Positions 1 through 13,877 of a DNA stretch of 64,000 bases are shown here, piece by piece (position 1 is the first letter of the stretch; every line of letters begins with the position of its first letter). Source of the DNA: Veleropilina oligotropha (taxonomy: Eukaryota). Location of the stretch: assembly GCA_048128005.1 (NCBI GenBank), contig JBEUKZ010000054.1, positions 744,001 to 808,000 on the forward strand, written 5' to 3'. The position numbers and the translations under genes are program-made. The notes under the pieces are model-generated. The model saw nothing but the letters and a program-made list of their open reading frames with translations, was not told the origin of the DNA and did no database searches.

Positions 1-661
1 AGGCTCTACAGACGTAGCTGCATCATCTAAAAGGGGAATAAAACACCTAGAATAGACAGCACATAACTTGGCCGCATACAACATTTTAACTATCAAGTAT
101 CGTTGATCAGACCTTTTTTAAATTAGTGATACTATAACAATTGACGTAATAATTTATCTGTGTAGGTCATGACAGGATAATGTCGCTTATCCAAAAAGGA
201 ATATTAGAAGTAGCGCTTCGCTCGGCCAATTTTAATATTGCTTTTTGTAACTATTCGGCGGTCCGTAGATTAGTGGTTATGATGCATGATCACGATGCTA
301 GTCATTTGAGGTTGATTCCCGGGAGCGCCGAGAAATTGTCACAGGTATATCTCGTCTACATTGCATACGGTATCTGTCTGTTAAGAAATTGTCACAGGTA
401 TATCTCGTCTGCATTACATACGGTATTCGTCTGTTGGATCAGACGTTAAGCCGGTGACACCGACTACAGATACGACTGCAATATTGTTAAAATATGACCG
501 TAAAACTAGATTTATTCAAATACAAATTGTTCGGCCACTTTTTTTGTGCATGCGCAACATGCTTACATACACAATTTCAATATTCCTAAATATCGATTTT
601 ATTTTATTGTATATCCGCCGTATGAATAGCTACCATGTATTATAAATAGCTATAAACTGAC

Positions 662-784
662 CATCAGCCAGGAAGTTAAACTTGCTGCTGACCGACGAAC
701 TGGACATCACACTGGATGGCTCGTCCACGTCAGACTGGTCATCTTCCTCAATACAATCCGGTTCCAGGCGAATGAAATCGCAGT
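662..784 (-). CDS. CCPG1: Host coding exon (5th seen) of CCPG1/PBXIP1-like gene
   Basis: Acceptor ttctgtccattcag and donor gtcagt. The 123-nt phase-1/phase-1 exon encodes (D)CDFIRLEPDCIEEDDQ...MSSSSVSSKFNFLAD, recalling CCPG1 SDIVTLEPPKLEE and MGSSSSSQYTF. The gene continues beyond the window start. Confidence 0.65.
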
Positions 785-1618
785 CTGAATGGACAGAAGT
801 CAGCATCAACAAACCGAAGAACAACATAAAGTTTGAGATAATTTATAGTAACATTTAATGATCGACTGGGGTGAGAACTTTCTCTAAGACATCATTCGTC
901 TTTATGTATCCCATTTAACAGCCTTCATGGTAATTCCACGACGTGTCCCTTTTATCGTTGGAGGAAAGGCTGGTGACCTGGGAAAGATGTTCAGTTACAG
1001 ACCACTGCGACCGTATATTCATTCAGCACCATCAATGCAAACAGTACATGTGAATTTGGAGCAACACGCTCATCCACCGGTGCAGCCATGACAAGAAACA
1101 GGAACTTTGCTAGAATATCACATACACATTTTATATAGTTATCTACCTTATGCATGATGAGTCAGCAAAGTTCTAACAAATATAGCTTGATATATAGTTT
1201 ATCAATTCTGCATCCACCGGTCATCCATATGTAACTCATCTTACTTCGCTGGCAAATACATGTATCTGTTGTTATTGTGATGAACCGGTGGATTAACGAT
1301 GCTGTCTGTTATTTACTAATTTGTATTTCATTATGCATATATACGTTTAAACAATATTATATTGTCAGCCAAAATATTTATATTAATTATTGAATATTAT
1401 TAACGGAGGAGATAGCTTTAATAAGTTAGCTTCCTTGTTGCTAAATCCTCTCATTATTCTTATGTAATTTCTTATGTATGTTACTTCTTTAAATAAATAT
1501 TGTTTAAACTAAGAAACAGGAGGGCAACCAGACATGGTAAAATTTTAGATGCCTGAGTCAGTCATAGGTGCCGAGGGAATTGTGAAACTCGCTTCAGGGG
1601 TAGATCACTCCTAAAATT

Positions 1619-3476
1619 TCTGGTACCCAGCAGGGATAACAGAATTACAGGTCTGGTACCCAGCAGGGATAACAGAATTACAGGTCTGGTACCCAGCAGG
1701 GATAACAGAATTACAGGTCTGGTACCCAGCAGGGATAACAGAATTACAGGTCTGGTACCCAGCAGGGATAACAGAATTACAAGTCTGGTACCCAGCAGGG
1801 ATAACAGAATTACAAGTCTGGTACCCAGCAGGGATAACAGAATTACAGGTCTGGTACCCAGCAGGGATAACAGAATTACAGGTCTGGTACCCAGCAGGGA
1901 TAACAGAATTACAGGTCTGGTACCCAGCAGGGATAACAGAATTACAGGTCTGGTACCCAGCAGGGATAACAGAATTACAGTTCTGGTACCCAGCAGGGAT
2001 AACAGAATTACAAGTCTGGTACCCAGCAGGGATAACAGAATTACAGTTCTGGTACCCAGCAGGGATAACAGAATTACAGGTCTGGTACCCAGCAGGGATA
2101 CCAGAATTACAGGTCTGGTACCCAGCAGGGATAACAGAATTACAGGTCTGGTACCCAGCAGGGATAACAGAATTACAGGTCTGGTACCCAGCAGGGATAA
2201 CAGAATTACAGGTCTGGTACCCAGCAGGGATAACAGAATTACAGGTCTGGTACCCAGCAGGGATAACAGAATTACAGGTCTGGTACCCAGCAGGGATAAC
2301 AGAATTACAGGTCTGGTACCCAGCAGGGATAACAGAATTACAGGTCTGGTACCCAGCAGGGATAACAGAATTACAGGTCTGGTACCCAGCAGGGATAACA
2401 GAATTACAGGTCTGGTACCCAGCAGGGATAACAGAATTACAGGTCTGGTACCCAGCAGGGATAACAGAATTACAAGTCTGGTACCCAGCAGGGATAACAG
2501 AATTACAAGTCTGGTACCCAGCAGGGATAACAGAATTACAGTTCTGGTACCCAGCAGGGATAACAGAATTACAGGTCTGGTACCCAGCAGGGATAACAGA
2601 ATTACAAGTCTGGTACCCAGCAGGGATAACAGAATTACAAGTCTGGTACCCAGCAGGGATAACAGAATTACAGGTCTGGTACCCAGCAGGGATAACAGAA
2701 TTACAAGTCTGGTACCCAGCAGGGATAACAGAATTACAGGTCTGGTACCCAGCAGGGATAACAGAATTACAGGTCTGGTACCCAGCAGGGATAACAGAAT
2801 TACAGGTCTGGTACCCAGCAGGGATAACAGAATTACAGGTCTGGTACCCAGCAGGGATAACAGAATTACAGGTCTGGTACCCAGCAGGGATAACAGAATT
2901 ACAGGTCTGGTACCCAGCAGGGATAACAGAATTACAGGTCTGGTACCCAGCAGGGATAACAGAATTACAGGTCTGGTACCCAGCAGGGATAACAGAATTA
3001 CAGGTCTGGTATCCAGCAGGGATAACAGAATTACAGGTCTGGTACCCAGCAGGGATAACAGAATTACAGGTCTGGTACCCAGCAGGGATAACAGAATTAC
3101 AGGTCTGGTACCCAGCAGGGATAACAGAATTACAGGTCTGGTACCCAGCAGGGATAACAGAATTACAGGTCTGGTATCCAGCAGGGATAACAGAATTACA
3201 GGTCTGGTACCCAGCAGGGATAACAGAATTACAGGTCTGGTACCCAGCAGGGATAACAGAATTACAGGTCTGGTACCCAGCAGGGATAACAGAATTACAG
3301 GTCTGGTACCCAGCAGGGATAACAGAATTACAGGTCTGGTATCCAGCAGGGATAACAGAATTACAGGTCTGGTACCCAGCAGGGATAACAGAATTACAGG
3401 TCTGGTACCCAGCAGGGATAACAGAATTACAGGTCTGGTACCCAGCAGGGATAACAGAATTACAGGTCTGGTATCC
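1619..3476. repeat. 33-bp minisatellite (ctggtacccagcagggataacagaattacaggt), ~56 copies
   Basis: Direct tandem units with only single-base variants and no spacers. Confidence 0.97.
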
Positions 3477-4229
3477 CACAATTTAAACACAATAATGAAC
3501 TTTAAATGTTTTTACATTACAATACAAAAAATATTACTATAATCACAGTCATGTGCTAAACCCAAAACAGCATTCCAGAAGTATTTTTGTCGATGTTTAT
3601 TAGTGTCGATTTCATAATTTTTATGTTATTTATTTGTAAATAATTATTAGCTAAACATAAAAATAATTGTATAGAAAAGTACACAAAGTACTCGTATGTA
3701 GTCTTATGTACTCTTAAGTTAGTTTTATAAAAAAATACCATACTAAATATTTTAAATTTTCATATCAGCATAGATATTATTAATATTTCAAGATGTGTTG
3801 TCATATTACATTTATTCATAACAATATTACAGTAATAGTAATATATAAAATATAATTATTGCTAAAATAAACATTTATGCAAGTATTTACTTAACCTCCT
3901 CCCTACTGACTTTCTGGGGACCATTTATATACATCTTAGATACTAACAATTTACCTGTAAAATGTTGTAGTAAACCCGAATAAACCATATATATCCTGCA
4001 AGTGTATTAGTTGTTCTTCAAAGTGGAACCCAGAAATATGCAAATTAGGTCACATGACCTCATTATATATTCAAAATGGCGTCCTAAAAGGTTCAGAATT
4101 CTACATATTTTGACTTTGGCAACTGATGATGTAACTTATGGTGTGATATATGATGAAATTTATCTTTTTAGCATAAATATGGGGATCTCATCTTCAAAAT
4201 AATATCTCAAAGGTTAAAATATTCCAATA

Positions 4230-5588
4230 TTTGAGGACATTATCCCGATTTTAACTTCGGCAGTGCTGGTATGATGTAATGATCGCCGCACAATGTCGAA
4301 ACTAGCAAAAGGCACCAATTCACCGACTACTGAATACATCAAGCAAGTTTCGTAAAGTTATGTTGAGCGGTGTATGAGATAATTTGCACGGACGGACGGT
4401 CTGCATTTTAATAGCCCCCCCCCCAAAAATTTGCGGGGGATAAAAAAACAAGAAGACAAAGCCATCAATATCCCCCGCAATGGTACATTCACAATAATTA
4501 CTATATGCTGTACGTATGTTCTTGAAACAATATCATTGATTTAATCATGATGCCACGTTAAAATTATGAAAAGGCACCAGTTAACCAACTACTAAATACA
4601 CCCACCAAGTTTCGTAATGATAAGTCAAGCACTGTATGAGATATAGTAGAGAATAACAAAATTAAAGCAAGGGCAAGAACTCTGTGAATATTTGACGTAC
4701 GTCGAAATTAACGAAAGGCACAAGTTCAACAACTGCTTAATACACCCACCAAATTGCGTAAAGTTATGCCAAGAGGTTTATGAGATACGCTTCGGAGAGA
4801 ACAGTAACAATAACAAATTAACATAATAGACAGCCGCCAGGAACCCCAGCCTTATATAGCAATGAGACTGCCATATAAAATCTGTGATCTTGACCTTGCC
4901 AGTAGCAGGCAAAGGTAAAGTTTACAGTACAAATACCAAATAGACTTTTTTTGAAGAGTGCTGTGCAGAGGTAAACTGGCAAATATTTTACAGCCACGCA
5001 CAGAGTTCGGCAATATAAAACACATGTACAAGAAATAGAAATCACATGTACCAAAAATATAAATCGGATTATCCCATCTACCAAAAAATAGAAATTTAAG
5101 CTACCATGCATAGTCTCAGAGAACCAGCCCATACAAAATTAGGGTCAAAGGTTATTGTGGCATGGTGAAAGGTCTTTCCCATGAAATTTACCCATCATGA
5201 TATACGATATGATAAGGGTAGTCCATATATCACAATATGTCCCCTAGCTATCATAGTAGCCATGCTATAATAAGTCATGCAGATAAAGTCTGCAAATTGT
5301 GAGTATATTTTGACCTCTGTGACCTTTACATTTGATCAAAGGTCATTTTCTCTCTGTTGCATGATGTACTAACCCTACAGAAAGAGGTTGGCAAAAATTA
5401 AAAAAAAATGTTTACGAATTATAAAAATATGTAAATATGGAAATTTGTGAAGGTCAAAGGCCAAATGACAAACATTTTAGTGCCATGCACAGCTTTGGGT
5501 TATAGGCAAGATATCTAAAAGGCTACCATGCTGAGTCTCCGAGAAGCAGCCCGGAAAAAATTTCAGGGTCAAAGGTTATTGTGGCAAG
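4230..5588. repeat. Helentron/HINE-like interspersed repeats with internal tandem units
   Basis: Shares the aactagcaaaaggcacc unit with 6860-9320. Contains a ggacggacgg microsatellite followed by a ccccc...gcggggga hairpin and A-run at ~4390-4450. Includes tgacct/ggtcaaagg-type units. Confidence 0.5.
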
Positions 5589-6221
5589 CACGGGCCTTTG
5601 TCGCATGCCAGAAAATCGTTCGATCAATGATACGCCCGGTCGCCTGGTATCTATTATATAAGGGAGGGTAGATAACTCTAGTGTGACACGTCCCGCTTCC
5701 AGACTCAATTTTCTTATTATTAATAAACTCTGAACCAAACCATTGCTTTCACGCTATGCGCAACATATTTACCTGTAATCACCAACAATGACAACGACGA
5801 AAATCCATTACGTAACAAGAAAAGCGACAGTTATTCATTGTTCACCCCAACTCTGTACGAACCGATGATACCATGCCGCACGATCTCATTGGCTGTTACT
5901 TGAAAGTATATGTATATAAAATGGCGGCAGGCGGCATGGTACCATCGGTTCGTACAGAGTTGGGGTGAACAATGAATAACTGTCGCTTTTCTTGTTACGT
6001 AATGGATTTTCGTCGTTGTCATTGTTGGTGATTACAGGTAAATATGTTGCGCATAGCGTGAAAGCAATGGTTTGGTTCAGAGTTTATTAATAATAAGAAA
6101 ATTGAGTCTGGAAGCGGGACGTGTCACACTAGAGTTATCTACCCTCCCTTATATAATAGATACCAGGCGACCGGGCGTATCATTGATCAAACGATTTTCT
6201 GGCATGCGACAAAGGCCGGTG
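5589..6221. mobile_element. Foldback MITE with ~290-bp inverted arms and 8-bp TSD
   Basis: Arms 5589-5879 and 5931-6221 are near-perfect reverse complements with CA...TG termini. GTGGCAAG is duplicated at 5581-5588 and 6222-6229. Confidence 0.9.
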
Positions 6222-6859
6222 GTGGCAAGGTAAAAAATCATTCCCGTGAAATATTACCTACCATGATCTAGAGTATGATAAGGGTAGTCCATATGTCATA
6301 ATATGTCTCCATATAGCTATCATAATGGGCAGGCTAGTCTCACAAAGTATGGAAATAGTGCATAGATTTTGACCTCTGTGACCTTGACCTTTGACGAAAG
6401 GCCATTTTTCATATTTGTTATATGATGTACTAACCCTAAAGAAATAGTTTGGCACCAAAGAATTAACAAATGACGAAGAAAAAAAAAATCTAAATAAAGA
6501 AAATTTGTGAAGGTCACTACGCAGAGGTCAAAGGCCAAATGAGCAAAATTTTACAGCCATGCACAGCTTTGTATTATAGGCAACACACATAAAAAAAATT
6601 AGAAGGCTAGCATGTTTGGTCTCCAAGAAACGGCCCGGACAAAATTTATGGGCTAAAGATCATTGCCGCAAGGTCAAAGGTCCTTCACATGAAATTTCGC
6701 CACCATGCACTAGCGTATGATAAGGGTAGTTAGCATACCATATGAAATCGAGGTAACATGTTTGGTAGCCGAGATATAGGCCAGACAACAGGAACCGCCT
6801 GTCTGCCCGCCCGCCTCGGGCGATGACAATAACCCCAGCTTTTTTTAAGCTGGGGTTAA

Positions 6860-9320
6860 AAAAGGGCAATAACTCTGTTTATGATCACCACACAACGTTG
6901 AAACTAGCAAAAGGCACCAGTTCACCGACTACTGAATACATCCAGCAAGTTTCGTAAAGTTATTTCAAGCGGTGTTGAGCTAGGCTCCGGAAAAGATAAC
7001 ATTAACGAATTTAGAACAAAGGAAATAACTCTGTTAATAATAGCGACACTACGTGAACTAGCAAAAGGCACCAGTTCACCGACTACTTAATATATCCAGC
7101 AAGTTTCGTAAAGTTATGTCAAGCGGTGTATGAGCTATGCTCCGTAAAAGAGAAATTTAACGAATTTAGAAGGGAAGTAACTCTGTTAATGATCGCCGCA
7201 CAACGTCGAAACTAGCAAAAGGCACAAGTTCGCCGACTACTGAACACATCCAGCAAGTTTCGTAAAATTATGTCAAGCGGTGTATGAGCTAGGCTCCAGA
7301 AAAGATAACATTAACGAATTTAAAACAAGGGAAATAACTCTGCTAATAATAGCGCCACGACGTCGAAACTAGCAAAAGGCACCAGTTTACCGACTACTTA
7401 ATATATCCAGCAAGTTTCGTAAAGTTATGTCAAGCGGTGTATGAGCTAGGCTCCGGAAAAGATAACATTAACGAATTTAGAACAAGGGAAATAACTCTGT
7501 TAATAATAGATACACGACGTCGAAACTAGCAAAAGGCACCAGTTCACCGAGTACTTAATACACCCAGGAAGTTTCGAAAAGTTATGTCAAGCGGTGTATG
7601 AGATATGCTCCGGAAAAGATAATTTGCACAAATGGACGGTCTGCATTTTAATATCTCCCCCTCATAAAAAATTTGCGGGGCATAAAAAAACAAGAAGGCA
7701 AAGCCATCAATATCCCCTGCAATGGTACATTCACAATAATTACTATATGCTGTATGTTCTTGAAACAATATCGTTGATTTAAATAATAACAAGGGCAATA
7801 ACTCTGTCATTAATCATGATGCCACGTTAAAATTATGAAAAGGCACCAGTTAACCAACTACTAAATACACCCACCAAGTTTCGTAATGATAAGTCAAGCA
7901 CTGTATGAGACATAGTAGAAAATAAAAAAACTAAAGCAAGGCAATAACTCTGTGAATATTTGATGTACAATGTCGAAATTAACAAAAGGCACAAGTTCAA
8001 CAACTGCTTAATACACCCACCAAATTGCATAAAGGTATGCCAAGAGGTTTATGAGATACGCTTCGGAGAGGAGAACAGTAAGAAATTAGATCACCACACA
8101 ACGTCGAAGCTAGCAAAAGGCACCAGTTCACCGACTACTGAATATATCCAGCAAGTTTCGTAAAGTTATGTCGAGCGGTGTATGAGTTAGGCTCCGGAAA
8201 AGATAACATTAACGAATTTAGAACAAGGGAAATATCTCTGTTAATAATAGCGACACGACGTCGAAACTAGCAAAAGGCACCAGTTCACGGACTACTTAAT
8301 AAATCCAGCAAGGTTCGTAAAGTTATGTCAAGCGGTGTATGAGTTATGCTCCGGAAAATAGATATTTAACGAATTTAGAAGGGAAATAACTTTGTTAATA
8401 ATAGCGACACGATGTCGAAACTAGCAAAAGGCACCAGTTCACCGACTACTTAATATATCCAGCAAGTTTCGTAAAGCTATGTCAAGCGGTGTATGAGCTA
8501 TGCTCCGGAAAAGAGGAATTTAGAACAAGGGAAATAACTCTGTTAAATATCGCCACACGTCGAAACTAGCATTACATCCAGCAAGTTTCGTAAAGTTATG
8601 TCGAGCGGTGTATGAGCTACGCTCCAGAAAAGATAACATTAACGAATTTAGAACAAGGGAAATATCTCTGTTAATAATAGCGACACGACGTCGAAACTAG
8701 CAAAAGGCAACAGTTCACCGACTACTTAATAAATCCAGCAAGGTTCGTAAAGTTATGTCAAGCGGTGTATTAGCTAGGCTCCGGAAAAGATAATAACGAA
8801 TTTAGAACAAGGGAAATAACTCTGTTAATAATAGCGACACGACGTCAAAACTAGCAAAAGGCACCAGTTCACCAATTACTTAATATATCCAGCAAGTTTC
8901 GTAAAGTTATGTCAAGCGGTGTATTAGCTAGGCTCCGGAAAAGATAATAACGAATTTAGAACAAGGGAAATAACTCTGTTAATAATAGCGACACGACGTC
9001 AAAACTAGCAAAAGGCACCAGTTCACCAATTACTTAATATATCCAGCAAGTTTCGTAAAGTTATGTCAAGCGGTGTATGAGCTATGCTCCGGAAAAAAGA
9101 AATTTAACGAATTTAGAACAAGGAAAATAACTCTGTTAATAATAGCGACACGATGTCGAAACTAGCAAAAGACACCAGTTCACTGAGTACTTAATACACC
9201 CAGGAACTTTCGAAAAGTTATGTCGAGCGGTGTATGAGATATGCTCCGGAAAAGATCATTTGCACGGACGGACGGTCTGCATTTTAAAATCCCGGCAAAA
9301 AAATTGTTGCGGGAGATAAT
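6860..9320. repeat. ~120-bp tandem arrays within Helentron/HINE-like non-autonomous elements
   Basis: Repeated unit aactagcaaaaggcaccagttcaccgactac...aagtttcgtaaagttatgtcaagcggtgtatgag. Arrays end with ggacgg repeats and a short hairpin (~7630-7690 and ~9265-9320). Confidence 0.75.
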
Positions 9321-10219
9321 AAATTCATTATCATATGTTGTGTTAATTGAATTTCATGTTTAATAGGTATTTTGTGAATTCAAACTGTTATAATTTACCG
9401 CATTGATCCTAATTGGGGATAAAATAGTCTTGTCACAAAGCCAAAGCCCACTACGCACATGCGCAGTGCGGTAAACACGAGAACAATAGTACATATATAT
9501 ATATATCCGTCGATTTATTTGAAAACTAGACCAATTTGTACCAAAATTGGTATATACATTCCCACGACTATTTGCAGGTCGTGTATATAACTTTCATCAC
9601 AAAATTTCGTAAAATATCGGTTTCATAGGCATTTTTATGCATAATTGCCATGGTAACTTGGCCTATGCCAAGTTATGACGTCTATGACGCCATTATTAGT
9701 GTGACTCAATTATGACATCATATTTAGTGACATCATATAATTAAATTGTCATCCGTCAGAAAATCATGAGTTGAAAGTAAATACATCGTATCAATATGTT
9801 AGATTGTATAATCATATTTAATGTACACTAATATACAACGGACGGTCCAAGCAGACAAAGGTCAAGACATAATCCGAACGCGTCATTCTTGTTTTACAAT
9901 ATATCTCGTTCCCACAAGGATTACTGACAACAGAAAAGTGTTACCTCGTTTATCAAACTGGTAACTTCGGGATACCGGATTACTGTGAAGGTCGACCCCT
10001 GCACTTGATTTGATGTAACAACAACCTTCAGATTCATAGCAGGACACGTTCATATTATCGCGAAGTAACGCTCGGTCGCCCGGGAAAACCTGTCCTCTCC
10101 GGCCAGTTATGGACAACTGTGGCTGGTAACTGAACAAAGAGTACAGACTGTCCCACAGATTGGTTCGAATACACTCTTGTTGGACTGAAGTTAGTGTAAA
10201 TGGAGAAACCCGTACATAC

Positions 10220-10281
10220 CGGAATCAGTCATGCTGGTTTCCATACGCTGCAGAGCGCTGTCCAATAGTCGTGCTTCAAGT
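10220..10281 (-). CDS. CCPG1: Host coding exon (4th seen) of CCPG1/PBXIP1-like gene
   Basis: Acceptor ttttgcag and donor gtatgt. The 62-nt phase-2/phase-1 exon encodes LEARLLDSALQRMETSMTDS and bridges the flanking exons in frame. Confidence 0.65.
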
Positions 10282-10858
10282 CTGCAAAACCAGAACATAT
10301 AATGCAGACGAAGACTTGGTTATTAGTCGTATATAACATGATCTATGCAGCCTAAATATCTATTTATAAGTTACTGTATTCAATGTGTAAACAAAATTAA
10401 TACATTTTCATTCACTGAAATATATTGTCCATGGTTCTAAGATATTAATAGGGTGAAGAAAGATATAATTCACTTTGGAACTTGACACGTTGTCGCGTTT
10501 TGAACCATCAATAACTCAGATATGGTTCTTCATCCCATAACCAAGGACGGTAGCCGACCATTCAAAACATTGTTTCAAAGCGAGTAAGCATATTTCATCC
10601 TGATAAATTTCCAGTTTTCATAATAAGTAGAGGGATAAAAATGTCTACTAATCAATTGTCCTGCAAATTGAAGTATATGTGAAGATAAAACAATGAAATT
10701 TCCTATTTGATTTTTAAAATTAATTTGCTTCAACATATTCCACAATGAAAACGGGCAATACATGACCTTGTAAAGACACGTACAACACCATGTATTTTTG
10801 GGGATCATAATCACATAAATCTGATCAACAATATGAATACAAGAATGTGGACACTTAC

Positions 10859-11120
10859 CCCGCCGGTTGATCCAACCCCGACGGCTCCTCTGAATCAGCA
10901 GCTAGTCCATCCACGACATCAATGCCTGCTTCCTTTTGATCAAGCGATAAAGCATCATTATCTGTCGTTTTTTCTATCGTGGTGCACATCGATGGATCAT
11001 CAAAGTGCTGATGATCTGATGAACTGTTGTGAAGGTCACCAGCAGAGGGAGGTGTTTCCATGACAACAGCATCAGGTGAGGCAGAGCTAGTGTCCACATC
11101 ATTTACTCCTTCATTTCCTG
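10859..11120 (-). CDS. CCPG1: Host coding exon (3rd) of CCPG1/PBXIP1-like gene
   Basis: Acceptor ttttcag and donor gtaagt. 262-nt open acidic/Ser-rich frame, phase 1 to phase 2. Confidence 0.7.
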
Positions 11121-11807
11121 CTGAAAATTAAGTTATACAGTCAAGTATAACATTCAAGATGATTTCAACAAAATGTGTATGAGAATTTCCTTCTACGTAT
11201 TACCTTTGCCATACCTACGATTCATATTATGATGGTTTATATTACTAAGAATTTTGGTAGGAATATAAGTGTTAAGAGATCTCGCTAATGAGAGGGATTT
11301 AGTGCGATCCATATCCACATATAAATTTACAATGAAATTCTCAGTTGTATAGTGCTATATACAGCCTGTAATGACATCTAGGCTATCTCAGTTGTATAGT
11401 GCTATGACATCTAGGCTATCTTACGATAATATTTATATGAAATAACTGAGCCTGTGCAAGACAATCATAATAGCCTTTAAAATGATGAAAATGTAATTAT
11501 ATTTCTATGAATAAACTAAGCGCATTAAACTTATACAACCAAATAACAATAGTCAATTTCAGGTGGGGTCTGTACAATTATTCCTAAATATATGTGACAT
11601 TTGTCACATATTTTCTATATAGTCAGATAAACATTGCTACTTACATAACTCCATTTCAAGCTTTGAAAACATTTATCTGATGCATGGATGCATTACAGCC
11701 GTAATAGGGTTGATGGACTTAGAATTAGATTACGATGAAACGAATTGATACCGAGTGAATGAAAGATTGCAGTGATCAAAGGATACCCCAAGCATGATCA
11801 TAGACAC

Positions 11808-12160
11808 CAAACCTCATCGCCACTACATGTTCATGCTGAATACAAACCTCACCGCCTCTACATGTTCATGTTGAATACAAACCTCACCGCCTCTACATGT
11901 TCATGCTGAATACAAACCTCACCGCCTCTACATGTTCATGCTGAATACAAACCTCACCGCCTCTACATGTTCATGTTGAATACAAACCTCACCGCCTCTA
12001 CATGTTCATGCTGAATACAAACCTCATCGCCTCTACATGTTCATGCTGAATACAAACCTCATCGCCTCTACATGTTCATGTTGAATACAAACCTCACCGC
12101 CTCTACATGTTCATGCTGAATACAAACCTCACCGCCTCTACATGTTCATGTTGAATACAA
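11808..12160. repeat. 35-bp minisatellite (ctacatgttcatgctgaatacaaacctcaccgcct), ~10 copies, intronic
   Basis: Direct tandem units. Confidence 0.93.
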
Positions 12161-12181
12161 AATTATCGCATTAGTAATTAC

Positions 12182-12311
12182 CTCGGCTTTGATCTTCTGA
12201 CTCCACGGAGACACTTCGGTCCTTATGCAGATGATGGTACGAGACTTGATCAGGCTCAAAGTTCACGACCTCTTCAGAACTTCCAGACATCATGGACCCA
12301 TCGTCGCTTCT
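12182..12311 (-). CDS. CCPG1: Host coding exon (2nd) of CCPG1/PBXIP1-like gene
   Basis: Acceptor tttttcag and donor gtaatt. 130 nt, phase 0 to phase 1, encoding RSDDGSMMSGSSEEVVNFEPDQ...EDQSR. Confidence 0.7.
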
Positions 12312-12661
12312 CTGAAAAATGTATGCTCGTATCGGTAAAAATAGTCAATAGGTATGATAAACTAATAATATTTATAAAAATTAATCAATGATTAATGTCA
12401 TGTATATTTACAAACATCAGCTTCAAAGCAGGACATATTAATTAATTAACCGTAAAAATTTCGAACTCACTCGAGGTTTCCGACGTGCCAGAATCCACAC
12501 AATACTGATAACAATTGCATCATTATATATATATATATATGTATATATACACGGATCATTTGATAATGTCTGGTCATTTTTTACAGAAAGATCAAGACAA
12601 AAAAAGATATTACAAAACTGATGCTTCATATATTAAAAAACACCATGATGATGTGTGGTAC

Positions 12662-12733
12662 CTCCATCTCTCCATCCTTGTTCACCAAAGCCCATCCCGC
12701 TAACCCGTTACGATTGCTCGAGTGCTGTGACAT
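12662..12733 (-). CDS. CCPG1: First coding exon of CCPG1/PBXIP1-like gene
   Basis: ATG at 12733 gives MSQHSSNRNGLAGWALVNKDGEME, followed by a phase-0 gt donor. GWALV resembles the CCPG1 LIR motif GWTVI. A candidate acceptor (tgtag) lies just upstream at 12758, implying a non-coding exon further right. Confidence 0.62.
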
Positions 12734-13161
12734 CGTCAGGCACAACGGGGTTATCAGCTACATTCAACAAAATTTATAAACCAATTACCATCAGCAACTG
12801 CAATGAAAACGAATATACAGCAACTGCAAAGAAAACGAATATACAGCAAGCAGCAACTGCAAAGAAAACGAATATACAGCAGGCACAATCCACATGGGTT
12901 TTCATGATATAAATATTATAGTATACAAATGGCATTACTAACCCAACCGATCTTTTCTGTATTTGGACATATAGCGCTTGCCCTTGGTTATGGGCCTGTT
13001 CCATGCAAGATTCCATTTCAACTAATCTGGAGACAATTACATTTATTAGATGCGGGTAATGCTGTGACTTACTTAACTGCCAACTAGGCTGGGTAGACCG
13101 AGGTAAATTTATTCTTACCCAAGTGAAATCGCCGAGACCGGGAAGTGAATGTGCAACTTTT

Positions 13162-13765
13162 CCACCAGAGTCCCATGATCTCTACCCACTGAGACCACCA
13201 GAGTCCCATGATCTCTACCCACTGAGGCCACCAGAGTCCCATGATCTCTACCCGCTGAGGCCACCAGAGTCCCATGATCTCTATCCACTGAGGCCACCAG
13301 AGTCCCATGGTCTCTACCCACTGAGGTCACCAGAGTTCCATGATCTCTACCCACTGAGGCCACCAGAGTCCCATGATCTCTACCCACTGAGGCCACCAAA
13401 GTCCCATGATCTACCCACTGAGGCCACCAGAGTTCCATGATCTATCCACTGAGGCCACCAGAGCCCATGATCTACCCACTGAGGCCACCAGAGTTCCATG
13501 ATCTACCCACTGAGGCCACCAGAGTTCCATGATCTACCCACTGAGGCCACCAGAGTTCCATGATCTACCCACTGAGGCCACCAGAGTTCCATGATCTACC
13601 CACTGAGGCCACCAGAGTCCCATGATCTACCCACTGAGGCCACCAGAGTCCCATGATCTACCCACTGAGGCCACCAGAGTTCCATGATCTACCCACTGAG
13701 GCCCCCAGAGTCCCATGATCTACCCACTGAGGCCACCAGAGTCCCATGATTTCTACCCACTGAGA
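13162..13765. repeat. 31/33-bp minisatellite (ccaccagagtcccatgatct[ct]acccactgagg)
   Basis: Tandem units; 33-bp units at the left give way to 31-bp units. Confidence 0.93.
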
Positions 13766-13877
13766 CACACTAACTAGCATATGAGTGGGTTTCGGTGTGG
13801 CGATAATAAACACAGATCTTCATAACTGGCTGGGGTGGGAGATTATCTGAGGACTCCTCCAACGATAATACTATAAG

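Noticed and set aside
1562..3490. 642-aa and 622-aa ORFs
   Set aside because: They are translations of a 33-bp minisatellite lying in an intron of the host gene.
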